Source: an uncultured Candidatus Saccharibacteria bacterium
GTDB taxonomy: Bacteria > Patescibacteriota > Minisyncoccia > 2-02-FULL-40-12 > GWA2-44-9
DNA length: 64,000 nucleotides
Assembly: GCA_964491455.1 (NCBI GenBank)
Contig: CAZBFM010000001.1
Span: 149,388 to 213,387, forward strand
Reading direction: 5' to 3'
Shown here: piece after piece, positions 9,316 through 17,747 of the stretch
How the letters are laid out: every line of letters starts with the position of its first letter
How positions within the stretch are numbered: the stretch's first letter is position 1
Made by a program: the position numbers and the translations under genes
Notes under the pieces: generated by a model
What the model was told of the DNA's origin: nothing
The model's input: only the letters and a program-made list of their open reading frames with translations
Database searches by the model: none

Positions 9316-9825
9316 CTATTGTAGGAGCTTTCCCCATGCAGCTCGTTGGCGAGGGGAGAGATGCTGCGCTGACGATATCGCGTCTTGGAGATTGCTTACT
9401 GGAAACGATAGCACATCATTGGGCTCGAGATTGCGACTGCCAATTTCGTTTGCGAGAGCTGAGGCAGCCGCAACGCGCTCAATGCCGTCTAGCTTGATAA
9501 TGGGGTCGCTTGATGCGCAGTACAGGTCAATCGCACGCGACGACAAGGAATAGACCCCGTCACCCGGTAGGGCAAGCACATCGATGGAAGCGGCAACGGG
9601 TGTCTCGCGAGGAGTCTCATACGAGTCAGTCCGTGCGGGGAGCCGGTCCCAAAGAATTGAAGCTGTAAGCGCAATAATAGCAATCAGAATAATTGTTGTT
9701 ATCAACGTGTTGCTATGTGAGCGAAGCCACGTATGCAACTGGCCTCCCCATCCTGGACGAGGCGTGAATAGAGGACCGGGAAGTGAAGCGCCGGTGGGGT
9801 CCTGGCGTGGATGGAGTGAGTTCAT
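9316..9825 (-). CDS. Hypothetical single-pass membrane protein
   Basis: ORF with an internal TM ([19 protein letters not shown]). It overlaps the RF1-like gene stop by 4 nt, which suggests an operon. Confidence 0.45.
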   Translation of the reverse strand: MNSLHPRQDPTGASLPGPLFTPRPGWGGQLHTWLRSHSNTLITTIILIAIIALTASILWDRLPARTDSYETPRETPVAASIDVLALPGDGVYSLSSRAIDLYCASSDPIIKLDGIERVAAASALANEIGSRNLEPNDVLSFPVSNLQDAISSAQHLSPRQRAAWGKLLQ

Positions 9826-10655
9826 GTCGTGGGCGGAGAGTCTTTGAGTCCATCCTGTAGAGCGGTGATGATTCGATCAAGGTCACCATTAAGAATCTTA
9901 GGAATGTTGCTCCAGCTCTCTTTGATGCGGTGGTCGGTTATGCGATCTTGAGGAAAGTTGTAAGTGCGAATCTTTTCGCTACGATCGCCAGTGCCGACTT
10001 GTTTTCTTCGCTCTTCTGAAACATTTCCTGTTTGTTCAAGACGATTCAATTCGGCAAGCTTGGCGCGCAGAAGCACCATCGCCTGTTCTCTGTTGGCAAG
10101 CTGTGAGCGTTCAGCACGCGCGGAGATAACGATACCAGTGGGTTTGTGGTGGACACGTACTGCCGTTTCGACTTTGTTGACATTCTGTCCTCCGGGACCT
10201 CCTGCGCGAGAGAATGTGACTTCGATGTCGCTTGGATTAATAAAGACTTCCTGCTCGGTTGCTTTCTTGAGTACGGCAACGGTAGCGGTGCTGGTGTGTA
10301 CGCGGCCGGACTTTTCTGTTTCAGGAACGCGTTGCACGCGATGGGCGCCGGATTCATTTTTCATCGCGTCATAGGCGCCGGTCCCCGATATTTCGAATGA
10401 TCCATACTTAAGTCCACCGAGTGACGTATCGTTTGATTCGATCGTCGAGAACTTCCATCCTTTTGCAATGGCATATTTCTTGTACATTTGAAACAATTCC
10501 ATCGCAAAGAGGGCGGATTCGTCACCACCCGCTCCTGGTCGGATCTCGACAATAGCTTCATTGCCAGGCGCAGATGAGCCGCCACCCTTTTGTTTCTTGG
10601 CCTGTTCTGCCCAGTATCGCCAGTCCTGTTGAAGATTTGGATCGATGTCCTCCAT
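9822..10655 (-). CDS. prfA: Peptide chain release factor 1-like protein lacking N-terminal domain 1
   Basis: [27 protein letters not shown] (PxT-type decoding motif) and [13 protein letters not shown] (GGQ). The [15 protein letters not shown] block that sits near residue 115 in canonical RF1 is here at residue 42. An in-frame stop lies 9 codons upstream of the start. Confidence 0.8.
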   Translation of the reverse strand: MEDIDPNLQQDWRYWAEQAKKQKGGGSSAPGNEAIVEIRPGAGGDESALFAMELFQMYKKYAIAKGWKFSTIESNDTSLGGLKYGSFEISGTGAYDAMKNESGAHRVQRVPETEKSGRVHTSTATVAVLKKATEQEVFINPSDIEVTFSRAGGPGGQNVNKVETAVRVHHKPTGIVISARAERSQLANREQAMVLLRAKLAELNRLEQTGNVSEERRKQVGTGDRSEKIRTYNFPQDRITDHRIKESWSNIPKILNGDLDRIITALQDGLKDSPPTT

Positions 10656-10670
10656 GGTGATGCAAAGCAA

Positions 10671-10693
10671 AAACCGCCCAAGGCGGTTGTTTG
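10671..10693 (-). terminator. Terminator hairpin between rpmE and the RF1-like gene
   Basis: aaccgcc-caag-ggcggtt followed on the minus strand by TTTTG. Confidence 0.5.
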
Positions 10694-10697
10694 CCGT

Positions 10698-10922
10698 TTA
10701 CTTCGTACTTGCTGGCGTCGTGCTCTTCGCGAGACGCTTTTTGAAGCGATCGACGCGACCGCGAGTATCTACGATTTTCTCGGTGCCTGTGTAGAACGGA
10801 TGGCAGCTCGAGCAAATGCTTGCATTGAGCTCTGCCTTGGTGCTACCCACGATAAAGGAGTTGCCGCATGCGCAAACCGCCTTTGCTTCGGGATGATAGG
10901 TTGGGTGGATATCAGCTTTCAT
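10698..10922 (-). CDS. rpmE: Ribosomal protein L31
   Basis: [46 protein letters not shown]. Only the last 74 codons of track ORF 10698..11486 are L31. Confidence 0.9.
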   Translation of the reverse strand: MKADIHPTYHPEAKAVCACGNSFIVGSTKAELNASICSSCHPFYTGTEKIVDTRGRVDRFKKRLAKSTTPASTK

Positions 10923-11343
10923 AGTCTGTACAGTATAGCAGGTCTTCGGCGGTATGTCTAGGACGTGATGCGAGTGCATTGACGCTAAGCCGTCCCGATA
11001 GTATAGTCGTTGAGAGGTACTAAGTATGAAAGAGGGAAATCCGGTTGGGAGTGAGAGCCCGTATTCGCCATGGAAAGAGTTCGTCTTCATTCTGTCGATT
11101 CTTAGTTGCGTGGCTCTGTACGTGAAATGCACAGGGTAGTGGTCTTCCACGCCCCGATTTGTTCGGGGCTTTTCTTTTGGGCGTAGATGTGGTATTCTCA
11201 TCGGGCTTTCAATTGCCCTCGACAGGCGTTGGAAACGTATAAAACTCAATGATTTGTTCGATAGTGTGGTGTGTGGGGCCCCTTGGGACCCAGAGACGCG
11301 CCTACCCCCGCGAGGGAAGCACAGCATCGAGCACGAATTATTC

Positions 11344-12036
11344 ATGGCAGATTCAGAATTGATAGCGTATGAGGAGATGTTGCAGGCAGGTATGCACTTC
11401 GGTCGTAAGCGTACTGTGTTTAACCCAAAAATGGGCAAGTACGTGTATTCCGTTCGCGATGGCATCTGCTTGATTGATTTGCTCAAGACTCAGGAAGCAC
11501 TCGGCGTTTCCATCGCTGCTTTGAGCGAGGTACTTCAGGGCGGCGGCTTGGCGCTGTTTGTGGCGCCTACCAAGCAGGCACAGGAGACAATTCGAGAGCT
11601 TGCTGATGCAACCAATATGCCGTACGTGCTCGACCGCTGGATTGGTGGTACGCTCACGAATTTCAAGAACATTAATAGCCGCGTGAAGCGTCTTATCCAG
11701 CTCGAAGAAGAGAAGGCAGCTGGCGTATGGGAGAAGTTCACCAAAAAGGAGCAGCTCGATCTTGATCGTGAGATGGCGGAAATGAAGCGTAATTTTGAAG
11801 GACTCAAGAAGCTCACACGCATGCCGGATGTTGTATTTGTCGCATCCGTGAAAGAAGGAGCACTCCCAATTCATGAGGCAAAGAAGATGGGCGTGAAAAT
11901 CATCGCAATTGCCAATACAGACGGAAATCCTGCCGGTCTCTTGAATGTCATTCCTGCCAATGATCGTTCGAAGAAGTCAGTTGATTTGATTATTCGTGCT
12001 ATCACAAAGAACGTTGACGTTCAGCCAAAGGCGTAA
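11344..12036 (+). CDS. rpsB: Ribosomal protein S2
   Basis: [19 protein letters not shown]...[12 protein letters not shown]...FVAPTKQAQ...[10 protein letters not shown]. Confidence 0.9.
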   Translation: MADSELIAYEEMLQAGMHFGRKRTVFNPKMGKYVYSVRDGICLIDLLKTQEALGVSIAALSEVLQGGGLALFVAPTKQAQETIRELADATNMPYVLDRWIGGTLTNFKNINSRVKRLIQLEEEKAAGVWEKFTKKEQLDLDREMAEMKRNFEGLKKLTRMPDVVFVASVKEGALPIHEAKKMGVKIIAIANTDGNPAGLLNVIPANDRSKKSVDLIIRAITKNVDVQPKA

Positions 12037-12069
12037 GCGAGAGAGTGTAGTATACTAATTGATATAATC

Positions 12070-12522
12070 ATGAGTGACGTTGCAATCATCAAGGAGCTTC
12101 GAGACGAGACCGGACTTTCGTTCGACAAGATAAAGTCCGCGTTAACTGAAGCGGGAGGCGACAAGGCGAAAGCACTTGAAGTGCTCAAGAGTCAGGCCGG
12201 TGCTGCTGCGGCAAAGAAATCTGATCGCGCGGTGAAAGACGGAGCGATCGGTTCGTATATTCATAGCACCGGAAAGGTTGGTGCAATGGTGAGCATCGGA
12301 TGCGAAACTGATTTCGTTGCTCGCAATGACGACTTCAAGGCGCTTGCGAAGGATTTGGCGATGCATGCGAGCGCAATGCGACCTGAGTCTGCGGAGGAGA
12401 TGCTCGCACAGCAGTTCGTCAAAGAGCCAGAGATAACCGTTCAGGATGTTATCAACCGTGCGATTGCCAAACTTGGCGAGAATATTCAGCTCGTCGGCGT
12501 TTCGGTGCTCGTAATCGGATAA
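12070..12522 (+). CDS. tsf: Elongation factor Ts, short (150 aa) form
   Basis: N-terminal UBA-like VAIIKELRDETGLSFDKIKSALTEAGGDKAKALEVLK. Sits immediately downstream of rpsB. Confidence 0.85.
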   Translation: MSDVAIIKELRDETGLSFDKIKSALTEAGGDKAKALEVLKSQAGAAAAKKSDRAVKDGAIGSYIHSTGKVGAMVSIGCETDFVARNDDFKALAKDLAMHASAMRPESAEEMLAQQFVKEPEITVQDVINRAIAKLGENIQLVGVSVLVIG

Positions 12523-12525
12523 TCT

Positions 12526-13164
12526 GTGTTTCTTATTCTTCCGTTATTGATTGCGTTGGTCTCACTACTCGCTATGGCGTTTGTGGTGTATCGCAAGATG
12601 CCATATTTGCGCAAGCTTGCTCCCGAGTCCCACCCGGCTGGGCAAACAATCGTGCATGAATACGCACCTGAGGTTGTAGATTGGGCGGTGAGTATTCCGT
12701 GGAGGCAGTACATGCGCAATGCGCTCGTTGAAATTGAGAAATTGCTTCGCAAGGGGCGACTGTTGATGTCTGCAATCGATCGTGCATCCGATACGGTCAT
12801 TCGCAAAGTTCGACGTGTCCACATTGAAACAGCCAAACAGCACGAGGCCATCGTGGCGCATCGCCAAGAGGAGGAAGCCCGACTCGCGGAAGAACCAGAC
12901 GAAATCGATCTGGATGATCCGGACCAGCTTCGCCAAGAAGAGCAGCGGCTGATTGTTGCCATTGCACAGAATCCCAAAGACGTAGAGCAGATTATCCGTC
13001 TTGCGCGAGTGTATATGCGATTACAGGTGTACGCAGACGCTATCGAAGCATTCGAGGCCGCAGCGAAGCTTCTCCCTGACGAGGCGAGTATCCAGAAGCG
13101 ACTCAAGCGTGCTCGTGAGTTGCTACAGCAGCAGTTAAGCGCTCAGTCACCCGAGAGTCTTTGA
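12526..13164 (+). CDS. Hypothetical membrane-anchored protein with a helical/TPR-like C-terminus
   Basis: N-terminal TM (FLILPLLIALVSLLAMAFVVY) and a charged helical remainder. The antisense ORF 12486..13106 is rejected. Confidence 0.5.
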   Translation: MFLILPLLIALVSLLAMAFVVYRKMPYLRKLAPESHPAGQTIVHEYAPEVVDWAVSIPWRQYMRNALVEIEKLLRKGRLLMSAIDRASDTVIRKVRRVHIETAKQHEAIVAHRQEEEARLAEEPDEIDLDDPDQLRQEEQRLIVAIAQNPKDVEQIIRLARVYMRLQVYADAIEAFEAAAKLLPDEASIQKRLKRARELLQQQLSAQSPESL

Positions 13165-13188
13165 TATTTCTCGTTCTTCAGGTATAAT
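13161..13188 (+). promoter_or_regulatory. Sigma70-like promoter upstream of the tRNA-Thr/tRNA-Tyr cluster
   Basis: TTGATA (13161..13166), 16-nt spacer, TATAAT (13183..13188), about 35 nt upstream of the tRNA-Thr 5' end. Confidence 0.45.
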
Positions 13189-13223
13189 CGCGTAGCTATC
13201 CGTGTGATAGCGTTTAGCTTCAC

Positions 13224-13295
13224 GCCGGCGTAGCTCAGTGGTAGAGCAACTGTTTTGTAAACAGTAGGTCGTCAGTTCAATCCTGACCGCCGGCT
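13224..13295 (+). tRNA. tRNA-Thr (anticodon UGU)
   Basis: Cloverleaf with acceptor gccggcg/cgccggc, D-arm gctcagtggtagagc, anticodon loop ttTGTaa, T-arm gtcagttcaatcctgac. Confidence 0.8.
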
Positions 13296-13312
13296 CAGGG
13301 ATTCACAAAACG

Positions 13313-13395
13313 GGGGTGTGGTGGAGTGGTCAATCACAACAGACTGTAAATCTGTCGGCCTTAGGCCTACGTAGGTTCGAATCCTACCGCCCCCA
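13313..13395 (+). tRNA. tRNA-Tyr (anticodon GUA) with long variable arm
   Basis: Anticodon arm cagactGTAaatctg, long variable arm cggccttaggcc, T-arm gtaggttcgaatcctac. Confidence 0.8.
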
Positions 13396-13417
13396 CATGT
13401 TCACGAAGAGAACATCG

Positions 13418-13654
13418 ATGTACTACGTCTATATCTTGCGTTGTAGAGGAGGGAGGCTCTACACGGGTATCGCGAAAGATGTCGAGTCGAGGTTTCTGCA
13501 GCATCAGAGAGGCAAGGGCGCTCGCTTCACGCGTGCGCATCCACCCGAGAGTATTGTCTATTGCGAGCCCGTAGCAACGCGATCCGATGCGCTGAAGCGT
13601 GAATATGCGGTCAAACAGATGAGTCATGAGCAGAAGTTACAGCTTGTTTCATAG
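13418..13654 (+). CDS. GIY-YIG domain nuclease (UPF0213/YhbQ-like), small
   Basis: MYYVYILRCRGGRLYTGIAKDVESRFLQHQRGKGARFT is a GIY-YIG core. Track ORF 13316 reads through tRNA-Tyr, so the real start is the ATG at 13418 (or 13396). Confidence 0.75.
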   Translation: MYYVYILRCRGGRLYTGIAKDVESRFLQHQRGKGARFTRAHPPESIVYCEPVATRSDALKREYAVKQMSHEQKLQLVS

Positions 13655-13656
13655 AT

Positions 13657-13731
13657 GCCGTTGTGGCTCAGTGGTAGAGCAGCTTCTTGGTAAGAAGCAG
13701 GTCGTGAGTTCGATTCTCACCAACGGCTCCA
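13657..13731 (+). tRNA. tRNA-Thr (anticodon GGU), CCA encoded
   Basis: Acceptor gccgttg/caacggc, anticodon loop ttGGTaa, T-arm gtgagttcgattctcac, 3' tcca. Confidence 0.8.
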
Positions 13732-13734
13732 GTA

Positions 13735-13763
13735 TTGTCAGAATCGTAAAGTCGTGCTAGAGT
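13735..13763 (+). promoter_or_regulatory. Sigma70-like promoter for rpmG
   Basis: TTGTCA (13735..13740), 17 nt, TAGAGT (13758..13763), about 20 nt upstream of the rpmG ATG. Confidence 0.4.
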
Positions 13764-13783
13764 GCACAAGCTAAATCAACACC

Positions 13784-13948
13784 ATGTCCCAAGACAATCT
13801 TCTTCGATTGAAATGCCAAAAGTGCAAGAGCGCAAACTACTACACCTCAAAGAACAAAAAGAAGGTGGAGCGCAAGCTGGAATATAAGAAATTTTGCAAA
13901 ATGTGCCGGAAGACAACTCCCCACAAAGAAGCAAAAATGACAGGCTAA
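13784..13948 (+). CDS. rpmG: Ribosomal protein L33 (54 aa; below the ORF-track size cutoff)
   Basis: Manual translation MSQDNLLRLKCQKCKSANYYTSKNKKKVERKLEYKKFCKMCRKTTPHKEAKMTG*, a zinc-ribbon L33. Confidence 0.8.
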   Translation: MSQDNLLRLKCQKCKSANYYTSKNKKKVERKLEYKKFCKMCRKTTPHKEAKMTG

Positions 13949-13953
13949 TCACA

Positions 13954-13976
13954 AAATCCCCGAAAGGGGATTTTTG
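13954..13976 (+). terminator. Rho-independent terminator after rpmG
   Basis: aaatcccc-gaaa-ggggattt followed by TT. Confidence 0.7.
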
Positions 13977-13978
13977 GT

Positions 13979-14009
13979 AAAAAAAGACCGCTGGGCGAGC
14001 CATGCGGTC
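13979..14009 (-). terminator. Rho-independent terminator for the minus-strand gene ending at 14018
   Basis: gaccgc-tgggcgagccat-gcggtc with a T-run on the minus strand (A-run at 13979..13985 on plus). Confidence 0.55.
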
Positions 14010-14017
14010 TCGAATTG

Positions 14018-14557
14018 CTACTTTCTATTTGCGATGGCAACGAACTCGGGGTCATAGCCCATGGATGCGTCAATTTGTCCGTAGGTGCGTCTTCCTTGAA
14101 TTCCGCGAGCTCCGAAGGAGGAGGTAGCGAAGGGTCCACATCCTCGATTCGGATAGAAGCCGCAACTCCGTTCCGCCTCGATATACTGCTCCTGTGTCGC
14201 CTCCTGCCATGGAAGACCGCAGACGGAGAGCCAAAAGCGCTCACGCGGTGCATCAGACTTCCTCCCGGGCGTGAGACTATGTAGCGCTTTGAGTAACCAC
14301 ACGGGGTCGCTTTGAATATTCTTGCGCCAGTGAAAGTAGCGGCGCACGAGGGTGGCTACGGTGTCGCCTTCATTGATAGGGCATGGCGTGTCATTGAACC
14401 AGAACCACGCGGGGTAATTGCGTAGGTTATCCAGAGCATCACGTGCCGCCAGGTCAACCGTACCAGTTCCTTGCATGAAGTGGTAATGCCAGAGTCCAGC
14501 CGCGTCTTGCTGTGATACGCCGACTATCGATTCGCGTACTTTCATGTTACTTGCCAT
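14018..14557 (-). CDS. Hypothetical protein (179 aa), Trp/Cys-containing, no family recognised
   Basis: The ATG for MASNMK is preceded by AAGGAG at 7-nt spacing on the minus strand. The track's 14602 alternative start lacks an RBS. Confidence 0.55.
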   Translation of the reverse strand: MASNMKVRESIVGVSQQDAAGLWHYHFMQGTGTVDLAARDALDNLRNYPAWFWFNDTPCPINEGDTVATLVRRYFHWRKNIQSDPVWLLKALHSLTPGRKSDAPRERFWLSVCGLPWQEATQEQYIEAERSCGFYPNRGCGPFATSSFGARGIQGRRTYGQIDASMGYDPEFVAIANRK

Positions 14558-14723
14558 GCGATCTCCTTTGGTTGTCGAAATACTACTGAAATGATGGCAC
14601 AAATAATAACAAATGTCAAAGTATTAGAATGAACTTTAATACAATGACAAGATTGTGCAACTTGATTCGTGTTGTAGGATATATACTCGGTCGATTCGTA
14701 TAACTAACAAAAAGGAAACCACC

Positions 14724-15734
14724 ATGGAAAAAAAGTCACTTCTCGCGCAGCATTTCACTCCAGAGATAGAAGCGCAGCTAGCGAGCGTTCGCACGGCGAA
14801 TGGATTCACAGTCGCTGATGTCGTCCGTTCAGGGCAGCAAAACCCTGATAGTAGCGTTGGAGTGTATGCCGGCGATGAAGAGTCGTATAAGGCCTTTGCC
14901 CCGCTCCTAGATCCGGTGATCGAGAGCTACCACGGTCATGGTCCTGAGGATACGCACCAGCGAGACCTTTCTGTCGAGAGTCTCGGGGATGTGCACGATT
15001 TGGACCCGAGTGGCGAGCGCATTGTCTCCACTCGTATTCGCGTTGGACGCAATCTCAAGGGCTTTGCTTTTGCCCCTGCGATTACCAAGGAGTCGCGCGA
15101 AGAAGTCGAGCGACAGGTGGTCGCTGCGCTTTCGAGTCTTACCGGTGAGCTTGCGGGTACCTATTACCCATTGAGTGGCATGAGCGAAGAGACCGCATCC
15201 AAGCTTATCGCTGATCACTTCCTCTTTAAGGAGGGCGACCGTTTTCTCGAGAGCGCCGGAGCGAATCGCGATTGGCCGAGTGCCCGTGGTATTTTTCATT
15301 CTGCAAACAAGCAGTTCTTGGTGTGGGTGAATGAAGAAGACCAGCTTCGCATCATCTCCATGCAACCTGGTGGAAATGTGCGCGAGGTGTTCGCGCGGTT
15401 GTCGACTGCAATAGGGGAGCTCGAAAAGAAGCTCACCTTCGCCTACGATGATCGTCATGGATACCTCTCGAGTTGTCCCACGAATCTTGGAACCGCGATG
15501 CGCGCGAGTGTGCACGTGAAACTACCAAAGCTTGGCGCAACTGACGCGCTCAAGGAAGAATGTGCAAAGCTCGGCTTGTCAGTGCGTGGTATCCACGGGG
15601 AGCACTCCGAGAGCGAGGGTGGCGTGTATGACATTTCCAACAAGCGTCGTCTTGGTGTCAGTGAGGCTGAAGCGGTGAAGCTTATGGCTCATGGGGTTCA
15701 GCACCTACTGGAACTCGAGAGTACGCTCGCGTAA
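14724..15734 (+). CDS. ATP:guanido phosphotransferase of the phosphagen/arginine-kinase type, with N-terminal substrate-specificity domain
   Basis: The active-site signature CPTNLGT is present. The N-domain motif VGVYAGDEESYKAFAPLLDPVIESYHG resembles arginine kinases. Flanked by RIRVGRNLKGFAFAP and GGVYDISNKRRLG. The ATG has AAAGGAAACC 7 nt upstream. Confidence 0.85.
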   Translation: MEKKSLLAQHFTPEIEAQLASVRTANGFTVADVVRSGQQNPDSSVGVYAGDEESYKAFAPLLDPVIESYHGHGPEDTHQRDLSVESLGDVHDLDPSGERIVSTRIRVGRNLKGFAFAPAITKESREEVERQVVAALSSLTGELAGTYYPLSGMSEETASKLIADHFLFKEGDRFLESAGANRDWPSARGIFHSANKQFLVWVNEEDQLRIISMQPGGNVREVFARLSTAIGELEKKLTFAYDDRHGYLSSCPTNLGTAMRASVHVKLPKLGATDALKEECAKLGLSVRGIHGEHSESEGGVYDISNKRRLGVSEAEAVKLMAHGVQHLLELESTLA

Positions 15735-15740
15735 ACGATA

Positions 15741-15770
15741 GACCCCGGGAATTTCCCGGGGTCTTTTTTG
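15741..15770 (+). terminator. Rho-independent terminator after the arginine kinase gene
   Basis: agaccccggg-aattt-cccggggtct followed by TTTTTT. Confidence 0.8.
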
Positions 15771-15839
15771 GAAGGTTTACAATGATTGGTATGTGACATA
15801 TTGTACGTGCTGAAGAGAGATCAACAAAGGGAGTGTACG

Positions 15840-16070
15840 ATGGCGCAACCGTATATCGTGTTCGTATTTGATTCGCAATGTCCGCGTGGTGGCTGGCAGG
15901 ACGTGCTACGAAAAACACCGAATGGCGATGTCTGGCGGTTTGAAACGTTTGAAGAAGCGGCGGCAACTGCTCAAGCATATTGCACCGCATATTTTCCGAA
16001 CCGCGGTCGATTCCAGGTGGTCGACATCACGAAGGCAAAGTTTATTGGTTCTGGTGGGTTTTCCGACTAG
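15840..16070 (+). CDS. Hypothetical small protein (76 aa)
   Basis: ORF MAQPYIVFVFDSQCPRGGWQDVLRKTPNGDVWRFETFEEAAATAQAY... has balanced composition. No family recognised. Confidence 0.35.
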   Translation: MAQPYIVFVFDSQCPRGGWQDVLRKTPNGDVWRFETFEEAAATAQAYCTAYFPNRGRFQVVDITKAKFIGSGGFSD

Positions 16071-16082
16071 CAGGAGGTTACG

Positions 16083-16352
16083 ATGAAACGGATTCGTGAC
16101 GTAGTTGCATGGATTGTAAGCCATCTTCCTTTGTCTTCAGAACATCGTCTCGCTGAACGATGGCGACGCGAAGAAGATGAAAGTCGCTCGCGGCACCAGC
16201 ATCGATATACTCAACAACAGCGTGAAAAGTTCAGAAATGAACTTGAAGCGGAGGTGGATGTATTTCTTGAGGAAACGAATGGGCGGCCATCTACTCCGGA
16301 GCAATGGGCGTGGTACGAGAGTATTCGACGACGAGAAGCGATTATCGAGTGA
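16083..16352 (+). CDS. Hypothetical small charged protein (89 aa)
   Basis: Arg/Glu-rich ORF MKRIRDVVAWIVSHLPLSSEHRLAERWRREEDESRSRHQHRY... ending 45 nt from the tRNA-Trp 3' end. Confidence 0.35.
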   Translation: MKRIRDVVAWIVSHLPLSSEHRLAERWRREEDESRSRHQHRYTQQQREKFRNELEAEVDVFLEETNGRPSTPEQWAWYESIRRREAIIE

Positions 16353-16396
16353 GAACCCAAATGACCACTTGCGTGGTCATTTTTCTTTGTGCGTGT

Positions 16397-16467
16397 GCGG
16401 GGGATGAAGGAATCGAACCCTCGTTATCGGTTTTGGAGACCGACGTCCTGCCACTGAACGAATCCCC
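16397..16467 (-). tRNA. tRNA-Trp (anticodon CCA)
   Basis: Reverse complement folds as acceptor GGGGGAT/ATCCCCC, D-arm GTTC-AGTGGCA-GGAC, anticodon arm TCGGT-CTCCAAA-ACCGA, T-arm GAGGG-TTCGATT-CCTTC. Confidence 0.75.
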
Positions 16468-16596
16468 CAATTGTCGCCGAATAATACCACGAATTATGCA
16501 CTCACGCCAGATGTTCGTAACACTCGTTGCTTTCTTGATGTGCGTTCTGTAGAGTACGCCCAAGGTCGTTTACAATTTTCGGATTGGAGGTGCATC

Positions 16597-17715
16597 ATGG
16601 CATCGAAAAAGAAATCGAGCAATGAATCAATTGCATCGCGCAAGAAGTTGAAGGCACTGGACGAGCTCCGTCTTGAGCTCAAACTCGACAAGGTCAGCAA
16701 GGAAGCAAAGCGACTGAAGGCAAAGTACAATGCCGCGCTTGGCCAGCTCATTATTCGCGAACGCGAAATCGACGCGGTTATGGGTCTCCGAGGCCCCATC
16801 GAAACATTTAAGCTGACTGCAAAGACTCCATCTGGCGATAGCGAGGCAACTGCGTTCATGGTTGCTAGCGATTGGCATGTGGAAGAAGAAGTTCGTGCCG
16901 CAATTGTGAATGGGAAGAATCGTTACGATTTGGCCCTTGCAAAGAGCCGTGCTGAGCAATTCTTCGTCAACGGTCTTCGTCTCATCGAGATTAACCGTCA
17001 GGCGACGTCCATCAAGAACCTCGTTCTAGCGCTTCTCGGAGACTTCATCTCCGGTGATATTCACGATGAGCTCGTTGAAGTAAATCAGCTTCTTCCCGTT
17101 CCGGCGACAAAGTACGCCGCTTCTCTCATTGCATCTGGAATCCAATTCCTGCTCGACGAGGGTGGATTCGATGAAATTGTTGTGCCCTGCCATTCAGGGA
17201 ATCACGGTCGTACGACGAAGAAGGTGCACATCTCGACTGAGGCCGGCCATTCTCTCGAGTATTTGTTGTACACCTTGTTGCAGATGACGTTCCGCCATGA
17301 TCCTCGAGTGAAGTTCGTTCTTTCAGACGGTTATCACTCATATCTGCGTGTCTACGATAAGACGGTTCGATTCCATCATGGGCACATGGTGAAGTTTCAG
17401 GGTGGCGTCGGCGGAATTCATATTCCTGTCAATAAGGCCATCAACCAGTGGAATAAAATCACGTGGGCTGATCTCGATGTGTTTGGCCACTTCCATCAGA
17501 TGAAAGATGGGGGCAACTTCATCTCAAATGGCTCACTGATCGGATACAATGGGTTCGCCTTGAGCATTAAGGCAGACTACGAGCCACCGAAGCAGGCTTT
17601 CTTTCTCATCGATCGAAAGAAGGGTCGGACGATTACGGCACCCATTTTGTTCGATGACAGCAAGCGGGCTGGTGTAAAGATGCCTGAAGTGATTCCCACT
17701 GAGCCAGGTAAGTAG
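16597..17715 (+). CDS. Calcineurin-like metallophosphoesterase with Lys-rich N-terminal coiled-coil
   Basis: Metallophosphatase motifs SDWHV (D-x-H), GDFISGDIHDE (GD..D), CHSGNHGR (GNH), HGH...GHFHQ. RBS GGAGG upstream of ATG 16597. N-terminal 70 aa are K/E-rich helical. Confidence 0.7.
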   Translation: MASKKKSSNESIASRKKLKALDELRLELKLDKVSKEAKRLKAKYNAALGQLIIREREIDAVMGLRGPIETFKLTAKTPSGDSEATAFMVASDWHVEEEVRAAIVNGKNRYDLALAKSRAEQFFVNGLRLIEINRQATSIKNLVLALLGDFISGDIHDELVEVNQLLPVPATKYAASLIASGIQFLLDEGGFDEIVVPCHSGNHGRTTKKVHISTEAGHSLEYLLYTLLQMTFRHDPRVKFVLSDGYHSYLRVYDKTVRFHHGHMVKFQGGVGGIHIPVNKAINQWNKITWADLDVFGHFHQMKDGGNFISNGSLIGYNGFALSIKADYEPPKQAFFLIDRKKGRTITAPILFDDSKRAGVKMPEVIPTEPGK

Positions 17716-17720
17716 GCAGA

Positions 17721-17747
17721 GCCCCTCACGAGAGTGAGGGGCATTTC
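17721..17747. terminator. Bidirectional terminator hairpin
   Basis: gcccctcac-gaga-gtgaggggc followed by atttctt. Confidence 0.6.

Noticed and set aside
10923-11486. Upstream 188 codons of the 262-aa minus ORF 10698..11486
   Set aside because: Only the C-terminal 74 aa form L31 ([10 protein letters not shown]...). The rest is an open frame running through the rpmE/rpsB intergenic region and overlapping rpsB on the other strand.
12486-13106. 206-aa Ser/Arg-rich minus-strand ORF
   Set aside because: It fully overlaps the better-formed +strand gene 12526..13164 and has a biased, low-complexity composition typical of antisense frames.
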